Source: Antedon mediterranea
Lineage: Eukaryota > Animalia > Echinodermata
NCBI RefSeq assembly: GCF_964355755.1
Contig: NC_092673.1
Location: forward strand, 6,510,001-6,574,000
Length of the DNA stretch: 64,000 bases
Reading direction: 5' to 3'
Positions within the stretch are counted from its first letter, which is position 1. The number at the start of each line of letters is the position of its first letter. Positions 51,576 to 63,560 of this stretch are shown here, one piece after another. A program made the position numbers and the translations under genes. Below the pieces are notes generated by a model, which did not search any database, had not been told where the DNA came from, and saw only the letters and a list, made by a program, of their open reading frames with translations.

Positions 51576-54500
51576 TTAAAGGTGATACGTTTTCATAATC
51601 TCTCTCTTGGCTTCTTCCCATGTAATTCTCTTCCATCCTCTAGGAATATCAGTCTTATTAGCATTATAGTATTCAGCCAGTTCACTGTTGTAAGTTGCCA
51701 TAAACCATTTCCAGAAAAGTTCTGCTTTTCCTTCTAATGGTTCAATTTTCCACGACTTGTAATAATCATTAACGCTTCTATAATCTGAGTATTTATATAA
51801 TTTACCAAAAGTATCTTCATTTCTAAATCCATTATCCTGCCTCATTGATGTTGTACAAACCATTGTACTGAGTTTCTTAGATTTAGCGTATACATATCCC
51901 GCCACCCCCTTAGGTCTGTGGAGTTCTGTTCGATGGCTACCATGTGTGTTGTTAGTATGAAGGTCACAAAGTCCTTTGCAAAATGGACATAACTCACGGC
52001 AAGCTAAAAGATCGGATGTAAAGAAAACAAAACAGTCATATTTTATTTTCTCAAAAATGCTAATATCATCATAAACTGTAATTATGCTGTCTTCGATGAG
52101 CTTCAGTTCCAACAACAAATTTTCTTTGAGATCTTCCAAATCTAGAATTCCATCTTCGTTAACCCCAATGTTTCTTTTTACACTTAAGTCCGCATAAATC
52201 CTTTCAATTAAAGATGGCCACCAAGTCTTCATTGTGCTTGTTCCTTTCTGACATAAAGCACTAATAGTTTGCTTCACTTCCATGAATATTTTACGAACAT
52301 TCTGACTGTATATTTCTTGCAGTAATGTTTTACCTGCAATGTTTGTCCGGAAACAAAATGTCTCAATATTTCTATGAATGAAGTATTCAATAGAGCGTAT
52401 GGGATCCGACAAATAATGTACAAAGCTTTTAAAATTATGTTTCTCTGCCATTGCAATCAGCAAATACGCATGAACAGACATCTTATTAGTAAATAGTTTA
52501 CTTGGAGAGTTCCTCAAATGATCAATTACACCAATTGCACATTTGTTTGGGAGAGAAACTACAACCGCGCTTTTAATCTCTCGGGATATTACCGATGCCA
52601 TCTTAACACTTATTTGAATCTCTCTGCATTCATCTCTAAACATATGCCATAACCTGTCCTTTTGAAGTGTCATGTATATTTTCAGATCGTGTTCACCTCT
52701 ATACTGCTCTTGCATTTCTCGTAAAACGGATACTAACCACTTGAAATTACAGATAGCCAGGCGAATTTTTCCTTTCAACGTAAAGTGAATCTTGTCATTT
52801 AATTTCACCTCTCCAATTTCACTTAGTATTGAAGAAAAAAGATAAATTCCTAGCTGTTTAGTGTAGTTACTCCCTTCAGATTTGTGAACTCTGATTTCTT
52901 TCATATACTTTTCTCGAATTCCATGTAGACTCGAATTTGCTTCAGCCAAGTAAGATCGATTATCCAGACGTAGTTTTAATAATCTTTCATCAAACAAAAC
53001 GTCTTGTTCTTGTACATCAATTTGAGAGAGGTCGGAAAGCAAAACACGAGCAACTTCATCTCGATCGCTTATTAAGCTAGACTCTACAACGATTCTTTCA
53101 AAAGACTCTTCAACATTTATGTAATCTTCACCACCGGGTATGGTGGATATCCACTTATTCCAATTCTCAGTAAACTCACATTCAAGATTTTCGTCCGATA
53201 GGAGTTTTATTCTATGATCTTCAGCCAATTGTTTAGCTTTTTGAAACACTTCTTCTTCATGCATGTTAATTCTGGCGTCAATTTCAGCTCTTCCAATAAT
53301 TTTGTTTTTAACTGATGTAAATCCTTCATTCAATTCTTTTTTAATTTCCTTACAAAGATCATCAAGTTGTAGTTCCATTTGAGCTTTCCATTGACAAGCA
53401 ATGGTTTCTTTATCAAAATAGCTATTCATGCTAGATTTAAAAGTACCGATGTCTTGCTGTAATTTTGTTAAATAACGGTCGAAGATATCTTTCCCATTAT
53501 TTGCTATTTCTACAGCTGTTAGCTGTTTACATTCATTTCGAAGCTGGTAACTGTATATCATTGCATTTCTTCTGAATGTACGAGAATGCTTCACATATTC
53601 TGTATTCAAAGCATTAAAGGCCTGTATTTCGAAAGAATTTTTGAAGCTGAATACAACATTTTGGCATAAGATGGCGTTCCAAAGATCTGTAAGCATTATT
53701 GCGAATCCATCTATACTTCTTGGTTTGGAATTTCGCATGCTTTCTATGACCCGTTTCTTTGTTTGAAGAATGATTTCGCTGTAACCAGGATTAGGAGGCG
53801 CCATCGGTGGATCACCTTGCCACATGTTGGGAACGTACACTATATCTTTGTTTTCCTCAAATCGTATGACATCGGAAAATGATCGATATTTTTCACTGCA
53901 ATGTTCTTCGGCCGCAGCAATTTTTGTAATTTTGTCCAACATTTCTCGCATGCTTCTTTTCTGTGTTGTATTCAAATCTGATGCTGCTACATCAGTAACG
54001 TTTTGATGAACAAATATGCAACTGGGATTGACATTGACATTTTCCATTTTTATAAATGCATGTACAGCAATTTGAAGTGTGTCTTGCATATCTGTAGGGT
54101 TTTCTCCCATAATATTTATAAGGGTAAGATCACCTAAACCAACAACAAATGTAGCTATCTCATTGTCACGACTGTAGCTATGTTGAATGTTAACGAATTC
54201 GGGAGACCGTAAACCCTCCGTGTCAACCACCAGAATGTAATCACATTTCGTTTCTTCTTTTAATCCTGAATCTAACGGCATCATCTGGGCGAAGATACCT
54301 TTAGTACACCTGCCAGCGCTGACAGCAAATTGTAAACCAAACATAGTATTTAACATGGTAGATTTCCCACTGCTTTGAATGCCTAAAACAGATAGCACAA
54401 ACAAATGTTTATTTCCAACTTGGTATTGAAGAGACTTAAATACGGCTCCAATCCAAGTTAATGGCACATGTGATGCGTCACCATCCATTAGCTCAATGGG

Positions 54501-56276
54501 ATATCCTTGTAGTAACATTTCGGCAGCTATTACTGCTAAGTCGGGATCATCTACTTCTTGAAGTTTCAAATCGGATACCATTTCGTAATTCTGGCCGATT
54601 TCTCTAAAGAAATGTTCTAATCCCAATGACTCACGTGACAGCTTTTGCTCTAGGTCATCAAGTTGGTCTTTCATTGATTTTAATGATTCTTTTGTCCTTT
54701 CTGGTTCATTTTTCGGTGCATCACATAACCTATTCCACTTGTCAATGTACTGTCTTCGTATTGGCTGTAGTTTGTCAATGCTATATCGATCGGTCATTAC
54801 CTTAATAAGCGCATAGAAATATTTTCTTTTTATAAGCGAATTCTTAAACGACGCTCTAAACAACTTATAAGCACACTTATTTCGTTGGTGTTTATTTATG
54901 TGTAGCTGTTTTTGTCGTAGATCTATTATCTCTGTCTTTATTTTATCAACGTAATCTTCAATTTGCATGTTTCCTTTTCTTAGTAGCCGATGCTGTTCTT
55001 TAATATTCTCTCCGATGCTTACTGCAATCAATTGCAAAGGTAGCTCATGTCCTTTCCCATTTAGATGTACATGTTTCATCAACATATTTACGTTCTGTCT
55101 TGCTTCAAAACACTCTGGCAAATCTTCATCAACATGGAAATTCATCTTGCGTGCTACTTCGCTGCACAACTCGATACTTCTATTTGGTACGACATTCCGA
55201 TTAACTCCTTCAAAGCCTAAGTGAATGAACCTCAATATGTCTTCGCTTATTTTGAACTGGTTCTTTTTTGACGCATTAACATATGCTATTTGTTTTGTAC
55301 CCCGTGTATTAAATGACTTCTCAATTTTAAGAATCAATTCTTTGAATGTTTCTCCAGGATTTCCATCCAAGACGAAAATCACGTGACCTTTTTGTCTGTA
55401 CAATATTTCTAGTAATTCTGCATCATGTTCCTTAAAATCACCAGATGACACAAATGCAATGGTGACTAGTGATATTTTAGACAAAAATTGTGTCTGAGAT
55501 CGGGAATCTGATGAATTTCCTCGCAGATTTATAAAAGTGTGTGCTTCTGAAAAAGCATGAGTACTTTTCTGGTTTGGTAGGTACCATGTCATTTCTAATA
55601 ATCCATCTGATATTTTTCTTTGCAAATGACCTCCCTTACATTCCGAATGGAAGAAAATGTCATGTCTCTGCTCATTAATGACACAATTGATAATTTTAGA
55701 TTTGGATATTTGAGGTCTACCTATGCGAAGAGCAGACACAATAGGACACCCGTGAGCGGACATGAACTTTTCACAAGAAAACCCTGAACTTATTTTCCAC
55801 TTCTTTCTAATTGTGCTTATCCCCCATACAATCATCTCCCATTGTATGTCAGTTACGTCCTTAAATGGTACCAGTAACGGAATAGCCAACTGACAAGTGG
55901 ACAATTTTTCAATTAAGGTTTGCCTTAAGAAATCGTCACAGCACAAGAAAGTAGCCACTAGTGCATCTAGTGGACTTACTTCGTCACAATGATCTACGTC
56001 TTCTGAATAGTCTTGTAGAAAAGAAGACATTGAAAATGCAGCAGCACTAGAAAGTGATTGATTTTGATCTAAATTATAGCATCTTCCCTCATATTTGCAC
56101 ATTAGCAGATTTTGTAAAATATACCAGGGTATTTTGCCAGGATCGCTGAGTTCATCTGGTGTAATCACACTTTTAGAAACTACAAGTGCTTCTTCCCGAG
56201 TTAGTTTTTTAGGATAGTAGTCCTGTAGTTGCAGATGTTCAACAACTTGCTGGTGTTTGTCAAATGCATTCGCCAT
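51576..56276 (-). CDS. GVIN1: Interferon-induced very large GTPase 1-like / URGCP-like protein, single coding exon, 1566 aa
   Basis: Uninterrupted ORF (first ATG at 56276; the track start at 56285 is a TTG). VLIG-type G domain: G1 GIQSSGKSTMLN, G2 AGRCTKG, G3 VVDTEGL. Family motifs PLDALVATFLCCDDFLRQ, LGLEHFFREIGQNYE, GYPIELMDGDASHVPLTWI, LWNAIL..NVVFSFKN, C-terminal CPFC..C..H..H..HRP and FWKWFM. The symbol denotes the family, not proven orthology. Confidence 0.93.
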   Translation of the reverse strand: MANAFDKHQQVVEHLQLQDYYPKKLTREEALVVSKSVITPDELSDPGKIPWYILQNLLMCKYEGRCYNLDQNQSLSSAAAFSMSSFLQDYSEDVDHCDEVSPLDALVATFLCCDDFLRQTLIEKLSTCQLAIPLLVPFKDVTDIQWEMIVWGISTIRKKWKISSGFSCEKFMSAHGCPIVSALRIGRPQISKSKIINCVINEQRHDIFFHSECKGGHLQRKISDGLLEMTWYLPNQKSTHAFSEAHTFINLRGNSSDSRSQTQFLSKISLVTIAFVSSGDFKEHDAELLEILYRQKGHVIFVLDGNPGETFKELILKIEKSFNTRGTKQIAYVNASKKNQFKISEDILRFIHLGFEGVNRNVVPNRSIELCSEVARKMNFHVDEDLPECFEARQNVNMLMKHVHLNGKGHELPLQLIAVSIGENIKEQHRLLRKGNMQIEDYVDKIKTEIIDLRQKQLHINKHQRNKCAYKLFRASFKNSLIKRKYFYALIKVMTDRYSIDKLQPIRRQYIDKWNRLCDAPKNEPERTKESLKSMKDQLDDLEQKLSRESLGLEHFFREIGQNYEMVSDLKLQEVDDPDLAVIAAEMLLQGYPIELMDGDASHVPLTWIGAVFKSLQYQVGNKHLFVLSVLGIQSSGKSTMLNTMFGLQFAVSAGRCTKGIFAQMMPLDSGLKEETKCDYILVVDTEGLRSPEFVNIQHSYSRDNEIATFVVGLGDLTLINIMGENPTDMQDTLQIAVHAFIKMENVNVNPSCIFVHQNVTDVAASDLNTTQKRSMREMLDKITKIAAAEEHCSEKYRSFSDVIRFEENKDIVYVPNMWQGDPPMAPPNPGYSEIILQTKKRVIESMRNSKPRSIDGFAIMLTDLWNAILCQNVVFSFKNSFEIQAFNALNTEYVKHSRTFRRNAMIYSYQLRNECKQLTAVEIANNGKDIFDRYLTKLQQDIGTFKSSMNSYFDKETIACQWKAQMELQLDDLCKEIKKELNEGFTSVKNKIIGRAEIDARINMHEEEVFQKAKQLAEDHRIKLLSDENLECEFTENWNKWISTIPGGEDYINVEESFERIVVESSLISDRDEVARVLLSDLSQIDVQEQDVLFDERLLKLRLDNRSYLAEANSSLHGIREKYMKEIRVHKSEGSNYTKQLGIYLFSSILSEIGEVKLNDKIHFTLKGKIRLAICNFKWLVSVLREMQEQYRGEHDLKIYMTLQKDRLWHMFRDECREIQISVKMASVISREIKSAVVVSLPNKCAIGVIDHLRNSPSKLFTNKMSVHAYLLIAMAEKHNFKSFVHYLSDPIRSIEYFIHRNIETFCFRTNIAGKTLLQEIYSQNVRKIFMEVKQTISALCQKGTSTMKTWWPSLIERIYADLSVKRNIGVNEDGILDLEDLKENLLLELKLIEDSIITVYDDISIFEKIKYDCFVFFTSDLLACRELCPFCKGLCDLHTNNTHGSHRTELHRPKGVAGYVYAKSKKLSTMVCTTSMRQDNGFRNEDTFGKLYKYSDYRSVNDYYKSWKIEPLEGKAELFWKWFMATYNSELAEYYNANKTDIPRGWKRITWEEAKREIMKTYHL

Positions 56277-56427
56277 CACAATCAATTAGTTTAGATTGTT
56301 AGACAGTATTTATGCTCATCAATCTAATAATCAAATCAAAAATTGAATAATCGATAGTGCTTTTGTGCATTATAAGTTGAGGTAATGTTTTAGAGTAAAC
56401 AATTGTAAAATCTAAATATAAACTTAC

Positions 56428-56502
56428 TGAAATGTTGTAAAGAAAGCAACTTCTTCTTCAGTAAAAATATATTGAAACATCATTATCATCACTGGATTTC
56501 AT
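56428..56502 (-). other. Probable non-coding 5' UTR exon of the GTPase gene
   Basis: Minus strand: TTCTTGTTATTTCAG acceptor, 75 nt with stops in all three frames, GTAAGT donor; a downstream TTATTAG acceptor at about 56324 precedes the ATG. Confidence 0.45.
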
Positions 56503-57477
56503 CTGAAATAACAAGAATAAGACTAAATTATTATAATATTATATAGAAATTGTATTTAATAGATCCGATACAGACTGCCCCGTCTGCATTTTTTTGACAA
56601 GTTGTAAAGGCAGAATCATGAGGGATGAATTAATAAATTACAAGAGGCACTATATGTCGGTATGCACGTACAACTACAAATGGTTTTCAGCAAGTTTGTT
56701 GACTGAATGAATAGTTTTTGTGGGTACGTAAGCTATTTTGTGATGCTTACATAGAAAATTAGTATTACCATGCATTATTCATTGTTTCTACATTAAAAAT
56801 ATGTCTTGGCTCTAAATAAAAAGAAAACAAACAATTGTGGTTCTTTTCTAGTTATATAGTTCTGCTATGTGATTAAAAACTTCCCCAACATTACAATACG
56901 ATGGAAGAAAAAAAACATCCATATTCTTGATTTAATATTGTGTGTTTGCATTGCGAATAAGCACTAGTAAAGTTAGGTTTGCGGCACACTATGTTTTTCA
57001 ACAACAAAAATAATAACGTACGGCTATAATTACTTTTTCTGGAGTGATGCTACGCAAGTAAAGTGGAGTTTAATGTATGGTATTACAGTCTAAACCCGAT
57101 TTCCCCTTCAGCATACAGGATTTGGAGGATGAAAACATGCAGGGTAATAACAAAAGCCAATCTAGGATCTTTATATCCAGGTATACATTATCAAAACAAA
57201 CCTTAAATAACACGACAAACAAAAGCAGTCAAGGTCTGAAACCGTAGTCTGTCAACATTACTTTTAAAAAATTATTAAAAACACATTTATTCATTAAGGC
57301 ATATGGAAATCATGAGGTTTCTTAAAGTTCTAGAATTTTATAGTATACTTTTTCCTGACCAGCATTATCTTTGGGGTGCATCTGTCTTGGTTGTTGTCTC
57401 TGAGCACCCGGTCGTCTGTGGCAAGGCAAATGTGTATCCTGCTCCTTTATTTGGTCACCTAGGTAGGGGTCCGGGAC

Positions 57478-57812
57478 GCGATATTTCTTTTCGTACCTAA
57501 GTTGAGGACCCCTCGTGAAACGTCACAAAATAAACATGAATATTCATTAGTCATATCCATAAGGTGTGACGTAAGAATCGAGCTAACTGCAATTCGGTAA
57601 TGTAAACGATTTCTGTCGAGCCGTCTGTGTAGTCGAGTGGATAAGACTATGGACTTTACATGTCGATGTATGGGGTTAGACTCCCATGAGCTACTTTTTT
57701 TACTTTATAGTGAGAGAGAGATTATTTGGAGGGTTAGGTTTAGTTATATTTAGGAAGTAGTTTGGCTATCTTTCACATGGGGTCCCCAACTTATGTACGA
57801 AAAAAAAATCGC
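57478..57812. mobile_element. Second, shorter copy of the 9-bp-TSD Mutator-like family
   Basis: Same TIR (GCGAT..TTCGTAC(C/A)TAAGTTG.GGACCCC); exact TSD GTCCGGGAC at 57469-57477 and 57813-57821; internal sequence differs from the 49445 copy. Confidence 0.85.
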
Positions 57813-59676
57813 GTCCGGGACCGCGACAGAACGAGAACGGATGGGGATCCTCTAAAGAAATTGCATTTTATTTGTCAGGCATTTGTATGATTTGTTTTTT
57901 TTTTTTTTATAAAAATCCTGTTATTATTATTATTATTATTACTTATAACAACACATTTAAAACATTGACACAGAAGACGATATATTAAATCGCTCAGATT
58001 TACGAAAAGATATCAAAGTAAAGGGTGGGATTGCATGCATGCAGAGGTACACGTGACGAAATACATCAGAAACAGTTTCAGAAAACTTTCTTACCGAAAG
58101 ATTTCATAGAACAACATGGCATAGAAACTTATCACAAAATGAGTCCAAATTTTTGATTTGGACTCATTTAAAGAAACCCAATTTGTGTTTGTATGTAACA
58201 TTAGGGGTGAGGGATGGGAAAGCGGATAGGTACAAAGAAGAACAATTTTTAAATATATTCTTTATCCCACTCAGTAACGAAATATTTTGTTCATGTTTCA
58301 TAGGCCTATAAATAATACACCTCTAAATACAGTAAAACATTTGCGATTTAATACTTTGTTAAAACTGTCACTGTCATAATCGATTGAAATATTAAAGTAC
58401 ATGTCACGATACACCACTACTGTTTTTGTCAAATACTCTAGCTGTTCAACCAGTTTTCAGCTATTAAAAACAATTATCGTAGGAGGAGATAGGAAAATGC
58501 GAAGCCTCCTCGCATTTTTGTGGCGGGTATTTTTCAAGATTTACATCCATTAGACAGTGTATACCACGATCGGAACATAAATTCGTTTTAATCGTCAATA
58601 ACTAATTATCTAACTTAATTTAATTAGTAAACAGGGTTACATCAGGTGGTTAAAATCAGTACCGAAAGTACGAACCAACTTTATATACCTTCGAGTAAAA
58701 ATTCTAGAAGTAAGGCGCGATTTACCGAATTTTGTACTTACGTAAATTTATATATAGAAGCCCCAGTTACACTTTAATTAAATACCATCGACTCATACAC
58801 CTCGTAGGCCTATATTATATAAGACTTGTCCAATATACCCATAGGCTAATTTTCGATTGAAACATACGTAAATAACAGTTCCTACAAATTATATAACTAC
58901 ACAATACATAAAATCCTACAGACCTTTAATTTCTGCTAAAAAACGTCATCTAGAACATCCTGTTCTACATGCGACGAATACCAATTATGTTACATACAGT
59001 ACAGACTCAACTTCTTAAAAAAGAAGTTAAACCAGTGGTTAATTTGCCGTAGATTGTACAAACAAAGATTACAATACGTGTATGGTACCTGATTATCAAC
59101 ATATCGTGTTGTATACGAATAAAATATAAAGTATTATAACAGAATTGTAACGTAAATTTAGCTTCCGCATTCAGTCCATTATTACGAAGCAGTTTCAAAT
59201 CAAATATTTCCTTTTCAGTATCAGTGTTTAAACCTTGTTGAATGAACTTCGAATAAATAGTTGACGCTTGATATTGGAATTTCCAATCGTTCACAAATAA
59301 TATTGACGTTGACGTATTGCTTTGTTGTCGTATGTGAAGGTATGCATGTTATTGTGTCACTGAAATCAGTTCCGCGTGAAATTATTATAATCTTAATTGT
59401 TGACGCACATTGACATATCGGGTAGATTTTAAAAAGGGCACATGCAGTGTGCTTTTTTGTTGTAACAAGGGTAGGCCTGTATACATGTACGACCAAAACG
59501 AAAACATATCGTTAAAAAAAAACCACTAAAATAATACATATAGAATTAATTCATCTATTGACAATTATAATATTTTTTTTTTCTTTTGTGGTTAACAACC
59601 TTTATTCATTCAATGTTTTATAAACAACAATTACAGAATCTCTAAGCATTTTCTACATTTTTTCGTTATTTTCTAA

Positions 59677-62600
59677 TAGGCCTTACGGCGAAGCTGAAAT
59701 GATGCCTGGAAAAGCAATCCCGTTCCTCATCAAGCATAATACTTTTTTACCACATATACTGTTCTAAATAAATACTAATAGTACAAAAAGTAAAAGTTCC
59801 ACAAAAAAATACCTGGCGTTTGGTAGAAAATTACCGTTAAAGTTGGTAAATATGCCAACGATTTCTTACGAAATAGCGAGGCTGAAACAACTGGTGCCGC
59901 ACTATAACTAGACTGTACTATTATTATCACGGTTTATAAGAAATATATTGGCAAGTTATTTATTATCAAAATAGATTTATTCTTTATTTTTTTTAATAAA
60001 TTTGGTGAATACAAATTTATATTAACTCTAAAATTGAAATTTAGAGTTAATAATTATCCCCCGACATTAAAACATTTATAATTACAAATGGCTTCAACTG
60101 TTCGTATAATGGTTTCTCCCGACAGGTAGGCTATTAATAGCAGTAGAAATACAGCAGCAATATTATGCGAAGTTTATACCGTAGGATGTACATAGTGACT
60201 GATATGATTTAACTGTGAAACATATAGAACACATATTCCTAGTAATAAACACCAATGCAATAGTAAATTTAAATTATCAAATAAAATACAAACATCAAAT
60301 ATTTGTTTTGTTTCAATGTAATTGTATTTATTCTCATGGTTAATATTTTTCTTTATATTCTCATGGTTACACAATTTCTTTTAATGGTTTACACAATTTC
60401 TTTTAATGGTTTACACAATTTCTTTATATTCTCATGGTTACAGTTTTTATTATTATATTCTCATGGTTATATTATTTATTTATATTCTCATGGTTTCCAT
60501 TTTGTTTTCATTTTTTTTAAATCTTTTTTTTATTCACATGCTCACAGTTTCTGTTTGCATAACCATGGTTAGTGTTTGTGACTTTGGAGTCTGCCTTCTT
60601 CCTTTCCAAGCAAGGTACAGGATGTCCTGGCATATCGATAAAATTTTTGTTCGAGTTTCTTCAGCAACATCTGAAAATGAGGTTTGTATAGTATCTTCTG
60701 CAGCACCAACACACTTTGCGATTAGATTAAACAACTCATATGGCACAATTTCAGATATGTCAACATCATTAATGTCCGCTGCTCTTGGAGGCCATTCACT
60801 CTGCATACCTTTGTTGGATTTGATGGCATTATTTACTATCGTACCTGCAAGTACATTTTATAGCATTGGGTGAATGAAACATAGTAATAATAAATTTATA
60901 TAAAGCATATACTGTATTGTGTACAGCATTTATGATCGACACCACTTACTATCATAACAGTTTTGTTTTTTGAGTGCATACAGCTTTCACCTCTTTGATC
61001 CACAGCATTTCCTTAATTATGCAATAACATTTATTGTTGTTATTTAAAAATAAACCAATATATACAAGTTATTGTATTTTAACCGTACCTGCAAAATATA
61101 GGGTCCTTAGTTTGTCTCTATTGTCACCATCAGTGGAGATTTCGTGTGTTGTAGAAGTAGTTGGAATCTATGTCATACTTTGATGATTCATCTGTCTCCG
61201 TTGTACTTTTTCCTGATGACAAAAATGGATCAGCCACAAATCCTGGGGATACATTGCTAAAGTACACCAGAACTGATTCATTTCTAATTAAGAAAAAATA
61301 AATAAAATATTTAGTTTGACCAATCCACAAAAAGATTATTTTTTTAAATTATCCCTGGTGAAATAATCATTTAATATAAACACACTAAGCAACTAACCTT
61401 CTTGTGGGTGAATGAAAAATTAGGTTAGGATAATCCATCCTGAGCTTCTTCTTCAACACGTCTGATCTATAAATAACACATTAATTGATTATAATTAATT
61501 GTAACACAGATACAATGAAGAAATTATTACAGTAACTGGATCTCAAAAATATTACAATTATTTCATCGTTTTTAAGAAGGGATCGACAGCCTACCTTATA
61601 GTTGACAAGTAAATTTTTTCTGTTTTTTCAATTGATTTCATGAAAAGCTTTTGGAGTTTTGCGAGTCTTAGTATCTCCTGTCCATACTGTAACCGTTTAT
61701 CAATTACATCTCTGCAAAATACCTTATAGCTTTGCTTATATGTTAAAAAAACACTTTCCAATTCCCTGTAAATAATAATAAATATTATTAAAATATATTT
61801 TAATATTTTATAGATTTTGGTGTTTAAAAATTCAACATTTAGACTGAAGCAAATAAAAAAAAAATTAAAAATGTAAATTAAAAAAACCAACAGAGTTTTA
61901 GAAAGTTACTTTTACTCACTTTCTAGAATCATTTCGTTTACGTGAATTAACAACTATTTTGGTGTAGTTTTTGTAACATTGGTCATGATATCGCACTTCA
62001 ATACAAGCACAGCTTTTGCCTCGAATGTCTTTTAAAATACTTTCGTCCTCTCTCATTTCTGCAGCTTTTCGCAACATTCCTGTCATAAATCAAATCAACA
62101 AAAGCAATAGTGTGTAATTCCTAAATGATTGAAATGATATTTTGTTATGCATAAAGTCTACAACATGGAGATATAAAAAGTATAGCTCCATGATTACACT
62201 ATATAGCAAAGGTTCACATGGAAGAAATGTCCTGGAACACCTCATTATGCTGTACAGTAGGAAGGTTTTCTAATTGGATTACATCAGTTGAGCCTGCAAA
62301 ACTCATAGGATGGGGATTAGAAAGCAGATTGATTAATTAACCATGTTTACAAATTTCAAGGATAGGAGAAACAACAATAACAAGTGAATTTTTTTTCTTC
62401 AAATAATTACCTGCATCATCTGTTAAAGCCTTTCTTAATTTATCATGACCTCTTTTGCCTTGGATCGTCACTAATTTGTCTTGCAATTTACAAATGATAC
62501 ATTTCTTTGGCAAAATAGTGGCTTTTTGAACCATTGCTGTGGCTGAACTACTTCTCAAAAAATGCTTGGCCCTCTTAACTGGTGGCTCATCTGGGCTCTC

Positions 62601-63560
62601 ACTGTCTCCTGCTTGGGATCTCTTTTTGGCAACTCTTGTTTCAGCCTAAACATCAATTTCAACGTATAATTAATTTATACAGCATTTTATTTGGTCTTAT
62701 ATAGAGCCTATATTGGTATTTAACTAAAATTAATTGTGTAGCCTACTGAATAATATATACTGTATAATATAATATGGCCTAGGCCTAGGGCCTAGGCCTA
62801 CGTAGTATTACTGGTACTACAGTAGTAGAAAGCCCAATCAACAACCAGCACAGAAACTAAGGGCACAATATAGATCTACTATAAGTAAGTGCAGTAGCAC
62901 CCTATATACTGTATCATTTAACTATATTATTAACTCTTAGAGTATTCTGATAATAATCGAAACCAAATATTACCTTTTTTAGTCGAGATGTATCAGTATA
63001 TCGCCTGTAACAGGTAGCATGAAAACCTAAGCCTGGATGCTCGCGTACGACATCGTCAAACGATTAATACCTTCATCAGACATACCAGGTCCAAGCTCCG
63101 TCAAATGTATGGCGATTTCCTTGCCGTCTCCATCTAATTTTATCCAACTCTTTGAACAGAGCAACACTTTATTCCATCGAATCTCAGTAATTGGACTGAT
63201 AATTTCATTTGAATGCTTGTAAATTTGGAAAAAACATTTCAACTTTACTTTGTCTGAGCGAGAAGATCCTTCCTCGTCATCGGACGCCATTTCGTGTTTA
63301 CATCGTGCTGATTTTGACGTCTGCTGCCTAAACGTCGCGTATGATTGGTTTAACTGATGTCATGTGATACAAAATGGCAACTGCGAAAATATATTCTTTT
63401 ATACTTTTAAAATCAAGATTTCTTTAAAATGTCAGGAAAATTTTCGTGGAACTTTTTAATACGTGATTAATTTATTTTTATGTATATGAATCAAGAGAGT
63501 TCACTTATTATGCTTAATGAGGAACAAGAAAAAATGTTTTCATCTTCACCGTAAGGCCTA
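59677..63560. mobile_element. Academ-type DNA transposon, internally deleted
   Basis: TIR TAGGCCTTACGG(C/T)GAAG(C/A)TGAAA with TAG..CTA ends; 3-bp TSD TAA (59674-59676 and 63561-63563); encloses a spliced transposase-like gene remnant. Confidence 0.8.
60550..63290 (-). pseudogene. Spliced, frameshifted N-terminal part of an Academ-like transposase gene
   Basis: Exons 63290-62974, 62645-62411, 62079-61920, 61765-61595, 61466-61398, 61283-61089, 60844-about 60550, all GT-AG. Motifs GFHATCYRRYTD, CIIC, EVRYHDQCYKNYT, RTLYFAG, VPYELFNLIA, ILSICQDILY..GRRQTPK. Frameshifts in exons 1 and 6; breaks off before any catalytic core. Confidence 0.75.

Noticed and set aside
58055-58095. GAAA-rich stretch as an IRF/ISRE element for the GTPase gene
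   Set aside because: Spacing does not match GAAANNGAAA, and such motifs are expected by chance in AT-rich DNA.
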